Source of the DNA: Candidatus Dojkabacteria bacterium
Lineage (GTDB): Bacteria; Patescibacteriota; Dojkabacteria; SC72; JAHDCA01
Direction: 5' to 3'
DNA: 64,000 nucleotides
Assembly: GCA_030583845.1 (NCBI GenBank)
Contig: CP129478.1
Span: 407,175-471,174 of the forward strand
The notes beneath the pieces were generated by a model, which saw only the letters and a list, made by a program, of their open reading frames with translations, was not told the DNA's origin and made no database searches. The translations under genes were made by a program, and so were the position numbers. Positions 11,768 through 23,007 of the stretch are shown here, piece by piece. How positions within the stretch are numbered: position 1 is the first letter of the stretch; each line of letters opens with the position of its first letter.

Positions 11768-11816
11768 TGAGTTGTAAGGACCAAGCAGCTGCATAGGAGC
11801 ATAGCCAGTTGAACAC

Positions 11817-11843
11817 TCAAATAAAACCCTCCTTGCGGAGGGT
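11817..11843 (-). terminator. rho-independent terminator after rpsG (ACCCTCC-TTGC-GGAGGGT plus U-run on the minus strand)
   Basis: 7-bp GC-rich stem with a 4-nt loop. On the minus strand it is followed by UUUUAUUUG. Lies between convergent genes (11767/11871). Confidence 0.7.
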
Positions 11844-11870
11844 CCAATTACAAATCCATTACAGAGACTC

Positions 11871-12338
11871 TTACCACCTAAAGTGCGCAAACGCCTTGTT
11901 GGCCTCGGCCATACGCTCGACCTCTTCCTTCTTCTTTACAGCCTCACCTGCGTTGTTGAAGGCATCCATAAGCTGTCGCTCGAGCAACTTGTCAAAGCTA
12001 TCACCACTGTTCTTGCGGGTAATGCCGACGATCCATCGAACAACCAATGCTTCTTGACGCTCACCACTTACAGGAACTGGTACTTGGTAGTTTGCACCAC
12101 CTACTCGTCGTGACTTAACCTCCAATGAAGGACGTACATTGTCGACGGCCTGGTTGAGGAAGTCCATAGGGTCAACTTTCACATTCTTTGCACCCTTCTC
12201 CATCGCTGCATAAAAGATCTTCTCAGCCTTCTGGCGCTTACCATCGTGCATGATCTGGCTAATGAAGCGGGTAACCAGCTGGCTACCATACTTAGGATCT
12301 TTTCTTAACTGTCTCTGTTTTGCGGCTTTACCTCTCAT
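11871..12338 (-). CDS. rpsG: 30S ribosomal protein S7
   Basis: 155 aa, S7 signature (PKYGSQLVTRFI..., DAFNNAGEAVKKKEE...). Directly downstream of rpsL. Confidence 0.95.
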   Translation of the reverse strand: MRGKAAKQRQLRKDPKYGSQLVTRFISQIMHDGKRQKAEKIFYAAMEKGAKNVKVDPMDFLNQAVDNVRPSLEVKSRRVGGANYQVPVPVSGERQEALVVRWIVGITRKNSGDSFDKLLERQLMDAFNNAGEAVKKKEEVERMAEANKAFAHFRW

Positions 12339-12363
12339 ATCAGAACAAATTCATTACTTAAAA

Positions 12364-12777
12364 TTACTGAGCGTCAACCTTGGCTCCATACTTAGATCGA
12401 GCCTTCTTGCGGCCTTTTACGCCCTGAGTGTCATATCGACCTCTTACAACTGTGTACTTAACACCTGGGAGGTCTCGCTTTCGACCTGCCTTCACCATTA
12501 CTACTGAGTGCTCCTGCAAGTTGTGACCCTCACCTGGGATATAGGCTGTTACCTCCATACCGTTTGAGAGCCTTACCCTTGCGACTTTTCGCAAAGCTGA
12601 GTTAGGCTTCTTAGGTGTCATTGTCTTAACCTGAAGACATACACCACGCTTGAATGGGTTGTTTGCTGTTGAATAGCGATTTCTCAATGGGTTGAAGTTT
12701 GTCGCCAAAGCAATATGTCGACTCTTCTGTCGCTTGCTTTTTCTTGGTTTTCGAACTAGTTGATTTATTGTTGGCAT
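12364..12777 (-). CDS. rpsL: 30S ribosomal protein S12
   Basis: 137 aa. [12 protein letters not shown]...[14 protein letters not shown]...VVRG, canonical S12. Confidence 0.95.
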   Translation of the reverse strand: MPTINQLVRKPRKSKRQKSRHIALATNFNPLRNRYSTANNPFKRGVCLQVKTMTPKKPNSALRKVARVRLSNGMEVTAYIPGEGHNLQEHSVVMVKAGRKRDLPGVKYTVVRGRYDTQGVKGRKKARSKYGAKVDAQ

Positions 12778-12825
12778 TGCCTGAATAACTCTTAATTCTA
12801 TTAAATATCTACTGTGGGAGTCTTA

Positions 12826-12850
12826 AAATCCTTCGGATTATACAATAAAA
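12826..12850 (-). promoter_or_regulatory. candidate rpsL promoter/leader: TATAAT followed by AATCC-GAAG-GATT hairpin; shared motif with the rpmH upstream region
   Basis: Minus strand reads TTGTATAATCCGAAGGATTTTAAG. The same 19-mer AAATCCTTCGGATTATA recurs at 63858-63876 upstream of rpmH. Confidence 0.35.
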
Positions 12851-12874
12851 ACTCCACTCGCGCTACCTTTTGTT

Positions 12875-12919
12875 GCCCCGCTAACTTATAGTCCGGATCA
12901 GACTATGAGTTAGCGGGGC
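12875..12919. terminator. long perfect stem-loop (12-bp outer stem GCCCCGCTAACT/AGTTAGCGGGGC with nested 7-bp stem) just after the rpoC stop
   Basis: Perfect 12-bp inverted repeat at 12875-12886 / 12908-12919. No strong U-tract on the rpoC strand, so it may be a factor-dependent or RNA-processing site between the rpoBC and rpsL units. Confidence 0.55.
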
Positions 12920-12927
12920 AAGTTTTC

Positions 12928-15900
12928 CTACTCCGTTGCCGTAATTACCTCCGGCTCTGCATAAAGCTCTTTCGCTTCTTCAATATCGATCCTTGCCTCG
13001 TCTCCAACTGGGATTCGGCGTCCAATGATCACATTCTCCTTCATACCCTGCAAAGTATCGACTCGACCGGTGATTGCCGACTCGGTCAACACTCTTACCT
13101 GCTCCTGGAATGACATAGCAGATAGGAAGCTCTCGGTCTTCAAAGCTGTAGTCTTGATACCAAGTAGCTTTGGTGCGATCAGTGCAACATTCTTGCCCTC
13201 TTCTCGCAATCCATCATTCAAAAGCTCAGCACCATACCTATTTACCAATGATCCGATCAGATACTCTGAATCACCAGCATCCATTACCATTCCAAGCTTG
13301 GCCATCTGTCGCACGATTACCTCAATGTGTACATCGTCGATGGTTACACCCTGCTCAGAGAACACACCCTGAACTTCACGAATCACATACTCCTGTGCCC
13401 TAGTGATCGATGCATATTCTGCGAGCTTCTTAGGATCAACTGAGCCTACTGTGATCTGTGTACCTGCTGTGACCTCCTGGCCATCAATGACGAGGATATC
13501 GAATCCTGAGAGCACTGAGATCAGCTCCTCTGCATCCAACTTACCTGTTACGGTCATAATGCCGTGGTCGATCTTTACGACACCTGTAAATGGAGCCTGC
13601 TTCTCTTTCTCATGCGAGTCAATGAAGAGTGTTTGTCCAATTGTCACCTTGTCACCATCGGCTACACTTACCTTCTTTGCATTTCCAACAATATAGTGGC
13701 GCTCTGACAACTTCTTACCAGTGATCAAGATCTGTGATGAGCCATCGTCTGCTGTTGTGATGCTTACCTTACCATCAACTGAAGCAATCTCTGCCTCTGC
13801 CTTAGGTGTTCGTGCTTCAAACAACTCTTCGACTCTTGGGAGACCCTGTGTGATGTCTACCTTCTTAGCACCACCGAAGTGGAACTGCTTCAACGTCATC
13901 TGTGTACCTGGCTCTCCGATCGATTGCGCAGCGATTACTCCTGCAGCTTTTCCGATCTCCACCAGCTTGTTCTGCTCAATATCGTGTCCATAACACATCT
14001 GGCAGATACCAAGTGGAGCCTCACATACGATTGGTGATCGGACGAATACCTCGTTGATTCCAAGCTCTTCTGAGTTCTCGGCAACCTCACGGGAGATAAT
14101 TTCATTCTTCTTCAGGACTACTTTACCCTTCCCATCTTTAAGATCCTGTGCGAGCACGCGACCCTCGATTGTCTTCTCAAATGAAAGCCTTCGCTCGTCG
14201 GCTCTTCGGATAATATAACCATCACCATCATAACCACAATCTTCCATTCTTACGATTACATCGTGTGCTACGTCGTGAAGCTTCCTTGTGAGGTAGCCTG
14301 ATGATGCAGTTCTCAAGGCTGTGTCAGCCACGCCCTTACGTCCTGCACCTGTTGCCACGAAGTATTCAAATGTACCAAGACCCTCTCGGTAGTTACCCTT
14401 CAATGGAAGCTTGATCCAATCACCTGAAGCATTTCTTGCCATACCCTTGATCGACATAATCTGTCGAGCCTGGATCTGACCACCGTTTGCTCCTGACGTA
14501 ACCATCTCAAACACTGGGTTGTTCTTATCAAGACTTGCCCATGCCTCAGCAGCAAGCTCGTCTGTGAACTCATTCCACATTGTGACCGAGAGATTTGTCT
14601 TCTCCTGCTCGGTTAGCAAACCCTGTAGGTAGTTCTCCTGGAGATGCAAATCTTTCTGCTCAACCTCTTGAATCCTCTTCTTAAGATCGATGTCGACCTT
14701 ACAGTCTTCCATCGAGAATGAGAATCCTAGTGTCGTTGCAAATTTGAATCCAAGCATCTTCAGGTCGTCGAGCAATCGCACAACTTCATCGAGTGAGTAT
14801 TGATCCTTGATCTCGCGGATAATCTCATCTACATCTGACTTGCCGATTCTCTGGTTGATAAACTTGTAATCCTCTGGCAGTACCTGGTTAAACATTACTC
14901 GCCCTACCGAAGTATTGTGAACTTTGCCCTTACCCTTTACAAATATTGCCTCGTCAATCTCAAGCAAGCCTCTATCGTATGCACGTACTGCTTCCTCGAA
15001 GCTTCCGAACATCCTTGGCTTATCGCTCTCCTTATAGTCAGTCATCAGGAAGTATCCAAGCAACATATCGTTGGTTGGGCTAGCTAGAACACCACCGTTC
15101 TTGATGTCGATAATGTTGTAGGTAGAGAGCATCTTCTCAACACCCTCTTTAATAGCCTCTTCTGTCAACAATACATGCACAGCCATCTGGTCACCGTCGA
15201 AGTCGGCGTTATAAGCCTTACATACCAATGGGTGGATTCGGATTGAATCTCCCTCTACCAATACTGGGTAGAATGCCTGGATTGAATACTTGTGCAATGT
15301 TGGGGCACGGTTTAGAAGCACAGGCTTATTCTTGATAATCTTCTCAAGGATGTCCCATACAATATCTTCTTCTGCATCGATCATCTCCTTTGCAACCTTG
15401 ATGTTTGGTGCAAGCTCAGTCTCAATAAGATCGTGGATCAGGAATGGCTTGAACATCTCCAATGCGACTGCCTTTGGCAGACCGCACTGGTGCAGCTTCA
15501 ATCTTGTGTCACCAACGATAACAGCACGACCTGAGTAGTCAACACGCTTACCGAGGAGGTTTCTTCGGAAGATACCCTTCTTACCTCTCAAGTCATCTGT
15601 CAATGACTTATAAGGGAGCTTCTTGTTGTTCATCATCGGCTTGCTTGGTCGGTGACTGTTGTCGATCAATGCATCTACTGACTCCTGGAGCATGCGCTTC
15701 TCGTTTCGGAGAATTACATCAGGCGCACCAATCTCAATAAGTCTCTTAAGACGATTATTTCGGTTGATGATCCTGCGGTAGAGGTCGTTAAGGTCTGAAG
15801 TTGCAAATTTACCACCTGATAGGGCGATAATAGGTCGCAACTCTGGTGGGATGACTGGCAATGTCTTGATTATCATCCATGATGGATCGATCTTGTTCTG

Positions 15901-16854
15901 GTAGAAGCCTTCAACATACTGCAATCTTCGGATCAAAGACATCTTCTTTGCCTTTGATTTCTGATTCTTGATCTGGTGCTTAAGGTTTGAGACCTCTCCA
16001 TCGAGGTCAATCTTATCCAAAAGCTCCTGAATAGCCTCAGCACCCATCTTTGCTTTGAAGAAGAGCAGGTCACGATCCTCAAGGTCAACATACTCATCTT
16101 CTGTAATTATTGTGCCTACTGTTACCTCTTTTAGAAGCTTCATCAGTTTTGTATAGAAGGTCTCGATCGACTCCTCTCGCTCTGCAAACTCGCGTCGAAC
16201 CTTCGCAACTTTCTGGCTCCTCTTATGCTCGATCTGACTTGCCTTAAATTCTGCCTTTGACTTATCTTTCTCTTTCTTGCCACTCTGCTTGATCTGACCA
16301 TCAAATTCATCGTTCACTTCCTTAAGCGCAGCTTCCAATTCTGTATCCAGTGTCTTTCGATCTTCTGCGAGATACTCTTCAGCAGCCTTTACCTTCACCT
16401 CTCGGGACTCATTGTCCACTTCAACAACCATATATCTGGTGTAGTAAACAACTGAGAGCATCTTCTTGTGTGACATATCGAGAACGATAGACATCTTGTT
16501 TGGGACACCGTATGCAAACCATACATGTGTTACAGGTACTGCGAGGTCGATGTGACCCATTCGCTCGCGTCGCACATCTTTTCGAGTTACCTCTACACCA
16601 CACTTATCACAGATAATGCCCTTGTATCGTACTTTCTTATACTTACCACAGAAGCATTCATAATTCTTGGTAGGACCGAAGATCTTCTCACAGAAGAGAC
16701 CCTCTGGCTCCATCCTATATGTTCGGTAGTTAATGGTCTCGGCTTTTGTAACCTCACCATATGACCACCCTTTGATCTGCTCCGGCGATGCAAGCGTGAG
16801 CTTCAATGCATCGAAGTCGGAGTAGTCCTGTCTAAAGTTCTTCTTGGTTTTCAT
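12928..16854 (-). CDS. rpoC: DNA-directed RNA polymerase subunit beta' (RpoC)
   Basis: 1308 aa. NADFDGDQMAVH catalytic motif, zinc-binding CxxC N-terminus, full-length collinear. Confidence 0.97.
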   Translation of the reverse strand: MKTKKNFRQDYSDFDALKLTLASPEQIKGWSYGEVTKAETINYRTYRMEPEGLFCEKIFGPTKNYECFCGKYKKVRYKGIICDKCGVEVTRKDVRRERMGHIDLAVPVTHVWFAYGVPNKMSIVLDMSHKKMLSVVYYTRYMVVEVDNESREVKVKAAEEYLAEDRKTLDTELEAALKEVNDEFDGQIKQSGKKEKDKSKAEFKASQIEHKRSQKVAKVRREFAEREESIETFYTKLMKLLKEVTVGTIITEDEYVDLEDRDLLFFKAKMGAEAIQELLDKIDLDGEVSNLKHQIKNQKSKAKKMSLIRRLQYVEGFYQNKIDPSWMIIKTLPVIPPELRPIIALSGGKFATSDLNDLYRRIINRNNRLKRLIEIGAPDVILRNEKRMLQESVDALIDNSHRPSKPMMNNKKLPYKSLTDDLRGKKGIFRRNLLGKRVDYSGRAVIVGDTRLKLHQCGLPKAVALEMFKPFLIHDLIETELAPNIKVAKEMIDAEEDIVWDILEKIIKNKPVLLNRAPTLHKYSIQAFYPVLVEGDSIRIHPLVCKAYNADFDGDQMAVHVLLTEEAIKEGVEKMLSTYNIIDIKNGGVLASPTNDMLLGYFLMTDYKESDKPRMFGSFEEAVRAYDRGLLEIDEAIFVKGKGKVHNTSVGRVMFNQVLPEDYKFINQRIGKSDVDEIIREIKDQYSLDEVVRLLDDLKMLGFKFATTLGFSFSMEDCKVDIDLKKRIQEVEQKDLHLQENYLQGLLTEQEKTNLSVTMWNEFTDELAAEAWASLDKNNPVFEMVTSGANGGQIQARQIMSIKGMARNASGDWIKLPLKGNYREGLGTFEYFVATGAGRKGVADTALRTASSGYLTRKLHDVAHDVIVRMEDCGYDGDGYIIRRADERRLSFEKTIEGRVLAQDLKDGKGKVVLKKNEIISREVAENSEELGINEVFVRSPIVCEAPLGICQMCYGHDIEQNKLVEIGKAAGVIAAQSIGEPGTQMTLKQFHFGGAKKVDITQGLPRVEELFEARTPKAEAEIASVDGKVSITTADDGSSQILITGKKLSERHYIVGNAKKVSVADGDKVTIGQTLFIDSHEKEKQAPFTGVVKIDHGIMTVTGKLDAEELISVLSGFDILVIDGQEVTAGTQITVGSVDPKKLAEYASITRAQEYVIREVQGVFSEQGVTIDDVHIEVIVRQMAKLGMVMDAGDSEYLIGSLVNRYGAELLNDGLREEGKNVALIAPKLLGIKTTALKTESFLSAMSFQEQVRVLTESAITGRVDTLQGMKENVIIGRRIPVGDEARIDIEEAKELYAEPEVITATE

Positions 16855-19800
16855 TGGTCTCCTCGCTCTTCGCGTTAGAAATTAGATCAAGGTTTATGCA
16901 GAGTGCATTCAACTCTTTTACGAGTACCTTGAATGACTCCGGTAAGTTGATATTTTCAATCTTCTCACCATGGATAATTGCTTTGTAAGCCTGGGCACGT
17001 CCCTGGACATCGTCTGATTTGATAGTGAGCATCTCCTGAAGTGCATACGGTGTCCCGTGTGCCTCGAGAGCCCATACTTCCATTTCTCCGAATCTCTGAC
17101 CACCCATCTGTGCCTTACCACCAAGAGGCTGCTGTGTTACCAATGTGTATGGTCCTGTAGATCTAGCATGTACCTTCTCGTCAGCGATATGCTTCAGCTT
17201 CAACACATACTTCATACCTACGGCTACTTTCCTTGGGAACTTCTCACCTGTCCTACCGTCATACAGATCAACCTTCTCTGCCATCTCAAATCCGTTCTTC
17301 TTCAATTCTTCTGCAATCCACTCGCTGTTTACATCCTCAAATGTTGGGATTGAGAGCTTGATTCCAAGCATCTCGGCATAGTGCCCGAAGTGCACCTCAA
17401 GCGCCTGACCCATGTTCATACGCTTTACAAATGTAGGTGTCAGGACAATATCAACTGGCTGTCCATCTGCCGTGAAAGGCATATCCTCAACTGGCCTGAT
17501 AGCTGCGATTGTGTTCTTGTCTCCGTGCCTACCCGACAGCTTATCACCGTAGTCTACTTTCTTGGTCTCTGCGACCCATACCTTCACCTGCTTTAGCACG
17601 CCTGGCTTCAACTTATCGTCATTCTCGACTGATAGCATCTGCGTCTTAACAACAATACCTTTCGATCCGTGGGGAACTCTGAGTGATACATCTCTTACTT
17701 CGCTTGCAGCTTTTCCGAAGATTGCTCTCAAGAGCCTTTCCTCAGCTGTAAGCTCCTGCTCACCTCTTGGTGCTACGATACCGGCGAGGATATCTCCACC
17801 ATTTACACGTGCACCTACTCGTACAACACCCTCGATATCAAGATTGTGCAAGATTCTGATCGCTCACATGTGGGATATCTGCAGTAAGTACCTCAGGTCC
17901 GAGATCTGTATCTCGGAGATCTTGCATATATTCTCGGATATGGATTGATGTCAAAGTGTCATCACGCACAATGCTCTCTGAGATAACTGTTGAGTCCTCA
18001 TAGTTATAACCCTCGTAGAACATCAATGCTGCTCGAATATTTGTACCAAGTGCTAGCTCACCATTGTCCATAGTTGGACCGTCAACGAGCACATCATCTT
18101 TCTTAAATTTCTGTCCTACATCGACACGTGGCCTCTCTGAGAAAGCTGTGTCATAGTTCGACCTGAAGAATTTGGTGATCTTGTACTCCTTCTTTCCAAG
18201 CTTCTTATAATCAACCAAGATATGGTCTGCATCAAGTGTCAGTACTACACCATCATCTTCTGCGAATACACCCCAACCTGACTGTCGAGCAACGATCTCT
18301 TCATATCCTGTACCAACCATAGGTGCCTGCTGCTTAAGCAGAGGGACAGCCTGTCTTTGCTGGTTTGAACCGGTAAGCGCTCGCTTCGAGTCGTCGTGGT
18401 GAACAAATGGGATAAGAGCCATACCTACACCTGCCTGCTGTGCAGCAACCAGGTCGATATAGTTCACCATCTGTACATCCTGCATCAAGAAGTCTCCCCT
18501 ATACCTTACAGGTACGATCTTCTCAAGGATGTTGCCATCTCCGTCCACCTTGATGCCTTGCAAAGTAACATGCGCATCTTTCTCACTTGCTGCATCTAGA
18601 TACTCGATCGACTCTGTGATGAACGATCGAACCTCTAGCTCCTTCATATCCTTATTCTTAGCCAACTTTGTCGCAATTGCGGCTGTGATTACCTCACCCT
18701 CTTTTACGATAAGTTTGCCAGCCTCTTTGATATCTTCTGCGGCTAATCTTCCAACTGCATCCTTGCCATTGTTCTTTACATGATTGCGGACTACGTAGTA
18801 TGGAGCCTCGATAAAACCAAAGTCGTTGATCTTTGCGAACATTGCCAGCTGGTTTACAACACCGATCGATGCGCTTTCTGGGCTGGTGATAGGGTCGATA
18901 CGTGAGTAGTGTGTGTGGTGAACCTCACGGATTGAGAATGTAGCTCTCTCCTTGGTGATACCACCTGGGCCTGATGCGGTTACTTTTCGCTTATTCTCAA
19001 GCTCTGAAAGGATATTTGCCTGATCCATGAACATTGAAAGCTGGTTTGAGCCGAAGAAGTTGAGGATCGCAGCCGAGATAGGCTTGGTGCTGACAAGCAT
19101 TGATGGTGTAAGTTTTGAATCCTCACCGTACATGCTCATCTTATCCTTAATATTCTTCTCTACTCTTCGTACACCTACTCTGAGCTGGTCGATCAATACC
19201 TCACCGACGCTTCGAATTCTTCGATTTGACAATGAGTCGATATCGTCCGCTGTTTCAACGCCGTTGTTGATCTGGATAAGCTTCTTGATTATCAAGATCA
19301 GATCATCTGTGTAAAGCCTGCACTCTGGACCCTCAAGAGGATACTCTGTGCCAAGCTTTCGGTTGAGCTGGTAACGACCAACCTTTCCGAGGTCAAACCT
19401 TCTGTCATTGAAGAAATGTCCCTTAACATACTTCTCTGCACTCTCCAGGGTTACATTCTCATCAGGTCGGAGCTTGTTGTAGACATTGATTACCGCCTCT
19501 TCTCGTGATCTTGTGAAATCTCTTGCCAATGTAGCTTCTATATATTTGTGGTCTTCACTTGTATCTACATCTTTGAAAAGATCCCTTATCTCATCGTCTG
19601 ACTCATAACCCAAAATACGGAGAAGCTCGGTAAGGAGTACCTTTGGTCTCTTCTGTACCAATCTAATTGAGATTACATCGTGCTTGTTTACTTCAAATTC
19701 ATACCACTGTCCTCGTGCTGGCATCAGCTTTGCCGAGTAAAGGTTTCTTGCTGGAGATTTATCACTGATGTCGAAAAGCACTCCCTCTGCTCGCACTACC

Positions 19801-20213
19801 TGATGGGTAACTACTCTGCGTACACCATTAATAACAAAGTAGCCATCTTCAGTCATTAGAGGCATATCTGCCACGAATATCTCCTGCTCCTTGAGCTCAC
19901 CAGTCCTGTTGTTCAGCAGCTGCGAAGTCACGTATACAGGCGCATCATAAGAAAGCCCCTTGTCAGAGGCTTCTTCTACTGTGCGATTTGGCTTCCCATA
20001 TCGAAAATCCTTAAAGTCGAGGGTCCACATCCTCTCCATAGTGTCTTTCACCGGGGTGATTTCGGAGAAGAGGTACTCAAGGCCATCCTTCTTAAATTCT
20101 TCAAACGATTTGATCTGTGCTTCGATAAGATTCGGAAATTGAATCTTTGACAGATCTGTAGCACCGAGGTTGACTCTGCCCGCCCGGTTACTCAAGATTT
20201 GCTTTGCTGCCAT
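16832..20213 (-). CDS. rpoB: DNA-directed RNA polymerase subunit beta (RpoB), split into two overlapping ORFs by an apparent +1 frameshift near 17840-17851
   Basis: The N-part ORF (to about 17838) ends ...ADIPHVSDQNLAQS*. The C-part ORF begins (TTG)HNLDIEGVVRVGARVNGGDIL. Together they align collinearly with E. coli RpoB ...[32 protein letters not shown]. One extra nucleotide within AATCTTG restores the frame. Confidence 0.9.
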
Positions 20214-20607
20214 ACTTTGTGTGAGCCTAATTATTTAAGATAAATAAAAAAAGCGTAGAAAAAGCTCCACGCCGAAAACGCTATCTCAAACTACTATCGG
20301 GTTGATGGGTCAATGCCACCATAATGAAGATGAACTTTTGGCCTAAATATAAGTACAATCGCTAAAAATCGAATGGATACTAGCACAGTACGCCACCGAT
20401 GTCAAACGGGCATTTTTAACAATACGATCGAGCCTCAAAGAGGTTCAGTAATAATAACAAATTCCGGCTCCACTAACAAGCTTTTTGACCATCCAAGTCT
20501 ATAAAATCTGAGCCACCTTAATCTTCACTTAATGAAATTATTAACTACAATATTGAGTCACCTTCCCAATCGCATGAAAGATCTGTACAATCAACTAAAT
20601 CACAAAA

Positions 20608-22891
20608 ATGGGAAGACGAAAAAAAGCGACATCGGAAATAACTATTCATAGTAAAGAAACCAGGATTATACTTGGTTTATTCCTCATACTTATAGCGCTT
20701 ACGCTTATCGCTGCACCGTTCAGCACAGAGGCTGTCTTCGAGCCGATTGTATTCTATCTTGGGGTACCATCAGTGGCCTGGGGAATCCTCATACTCCTCA
20801 TGGCAATCCGCGTCATCAAAGGCCCGAGCAAGTTTACAAACTGGAAAACCATTACAGGTACGCTTCTTATCGCTCTAATTCTCAACATCCTCTTCACATT
20901 TTGGATCCCCGAGGAGATATTAAGCAGCCAGACAGACTTCTCCAATGAAGGTGGCCAACTCGGATATATATTGCACACACAGCTAAATGCCATGGTAGGA
21001 GACTTCATCGAATTTGTACTTATTATTGTATTAATAATTGTAGCCTTCTCCCTCATCTCAGGTGTAAGCCTCGAACGGATCTCAAATAGTGTGGGCAACC
21101 TATTCGACAAGCTATTTGAAAGCCGCAATAAACTGAAGCTTCCAAAAGGTGAGGATGACGACGGAATCAGCATTGTAGATAGTATGTTCAAAGGCGGCGA
21201 CGACGATGAGGCTATAGATGAAGCAATTGAGCCAGAGATTGAAAATGGAGCCGAGCCGATCGCGAATATGAGGGCAAAAACCGAGCCAAATATGAGTGCC
21301 AACGTCGAGGCAGAGATCCGTGAAGCAACAGGCAAAGAGTTCGTAGAATCACCAAAGTCAAACAGCAAAGAAAGCAGTGAAGAGGAAAGCAGTACACTTA
21401 GCGAGCCACTATATCCAAACTGGAAATTCCCACCAGTAAACCTGCTCCAGAAGCCACAGGTCAGCCCGCAAGACCCAAACCTACACAAGCGCAACGCCAG
21501 CGTCATCGAGAAAACCTCTGCGCAGCTTCAATATTGAGTCACGTATCAGCAAAGTCACAATCGGCCCAACAGTCGTCCAGTACGCTCTAAGCATTACCGT
21601 AGGCACCAAGGTCGCAAAAGTGCGCAACCTCTCAAATGACATCGCATTGGCTCTAGCGACACCTGAGTCACAAATCCGCATCGAGGCTCCGATCCCTGGC
21701 ACCTCATTAATTGGTATCGAGATCCCCAACCCTACCCCGAATTTTGTATTCATCCGTGAGCTGGTCGAGAAGCTGAATGAAGAGCACGACAAATATAGAC
21801 TACCTATCATTCTTGGTAAGAATGTCGCTGGCCAACCAATCATCAAAGACCTCACAAGTCTCCCCCACCTCTTGGTCGCAGGCGCGACTGGTACCGGTAA
21901 ATCTGTAGGTATCAACTCGCTACTAACTGGTCTACTTATGACCAAGTCTCCTGATGAGCTAAAGCTTATTCTCGTCGACCCAAAGATGGTTGAGATGGCG
22001 CCTTATAATGGCATCCCTCACCTACTCACTCCGGTCATCACAGATATGGAGCTGGTAGTAAATGCGCTACAATGGACTGTCGAGGAGATGTTGAAGCGGT
22101 ATAGGGTATTGAAGCAGATCGGAGCCAGGAATATCACCGAGTACAACGACAAGGTTGGCGATCTAACAATGCCATACATAATAGTAGTAATCGATGAGAT
22201 GGCTGACCTTATGCTTACGACTGGAGTAGATGTAGAGTCAAAGATTGTACGACTAGCTCAGATGGCACGAGCAGTGGGTATTCACCTAATATTGGCAACC
22301 CAGAGACCTTCTGTAGATGTAATCACTGGCTTGATCAAGGCAAACGTGCCGGGTCGAATCGCATACAGCGTATCGACAGCTATCGACTCACGAGTAATCA
22401 TCGACCAGACTGGCGCAGAGACACTGATCGGCAAGGGAGATATGATGTTTAAATCACCTTCTACAGGCAGACCTATCCGTATGCAGGGTGCTTGGACTGA
22501 CACAGTCGACACCGAGGCGATCATCAGCTTTATCAAAGACCAGACGAAAGAGCTTAAGTATAGCGACGCAATCACCCAGCCGAAAGAAGAGAAGTCAGAA
22601 GGCGGAGGAGCTGCTTCGGGTCATTCAGATGACGCAATGTTCGCAGATGCACTCGAGGTAGTTGTAAATGCTCAAAAGGCATCGGCCTCCCTACTCCAGA
22701 GGAGATTGAGGATCGGTTATAACCGGGCTGCCAGATTGATTGATGAATTGCATGAGGCAGGAGCAATAGGCCCACAGGAGGGTAGTTCACCACGAAAAGT
22801 GCTAGTCTCCAGCAGTGATCAGATCTTAGGCGCAGGCAGCAGTGACGTTGATGATTTTGCAGACAACCAGGACGACAAGTCCGACTTCTAG
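20608..22891 (+). CDS. ftsK: DNA translocase FtsK/SpoIIIE (N-terminal membrane domain, linker, motor, gamma domain), with an apparent +1 frameshift near 21521-21529
   Basis: ORF1 (20608..21537) gives 4-TM and linker. The frame-2 reading from about 21440 gives ...FNIESRISKVTIGPTVVQYAL... (the FtsK alpha/beta start), then the Walker motor VAGATGTGKS and gamma domain LLQRRLRIGYNRAARLIDELHEAG. The junction KTSAQ(L)/FNIES matches the FtsK ETLAEFGIEA region after skipping 1 nt. Confidence 0.85.
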
Positions 22892-23007
22892 AGGTCATCA
22901 GACTCTCTACATTGAAATTTCTGCCCGATAGAGATTAATTCATCAAATGCAAATCTGCAAAATGATACAATCGCAAGGCCTGCATAGAATATTAGAATAG
23001 ATGAAAT

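Noticed and set aside
13025-13993. Several 77-115-aa ORFs antisense to rpoC, and similar ones antisense to rpoB and dnaK
   Set aside because: Shadow ORFs within highly conserved genes. No start-context support.
20754-21506. 250-aa ORF antisense to the ftsK N-terminal region
   Set aside because: Ser/Leu-rich low-complexity translation opposite a clear FtsK membrane domain. Judged an artefact.
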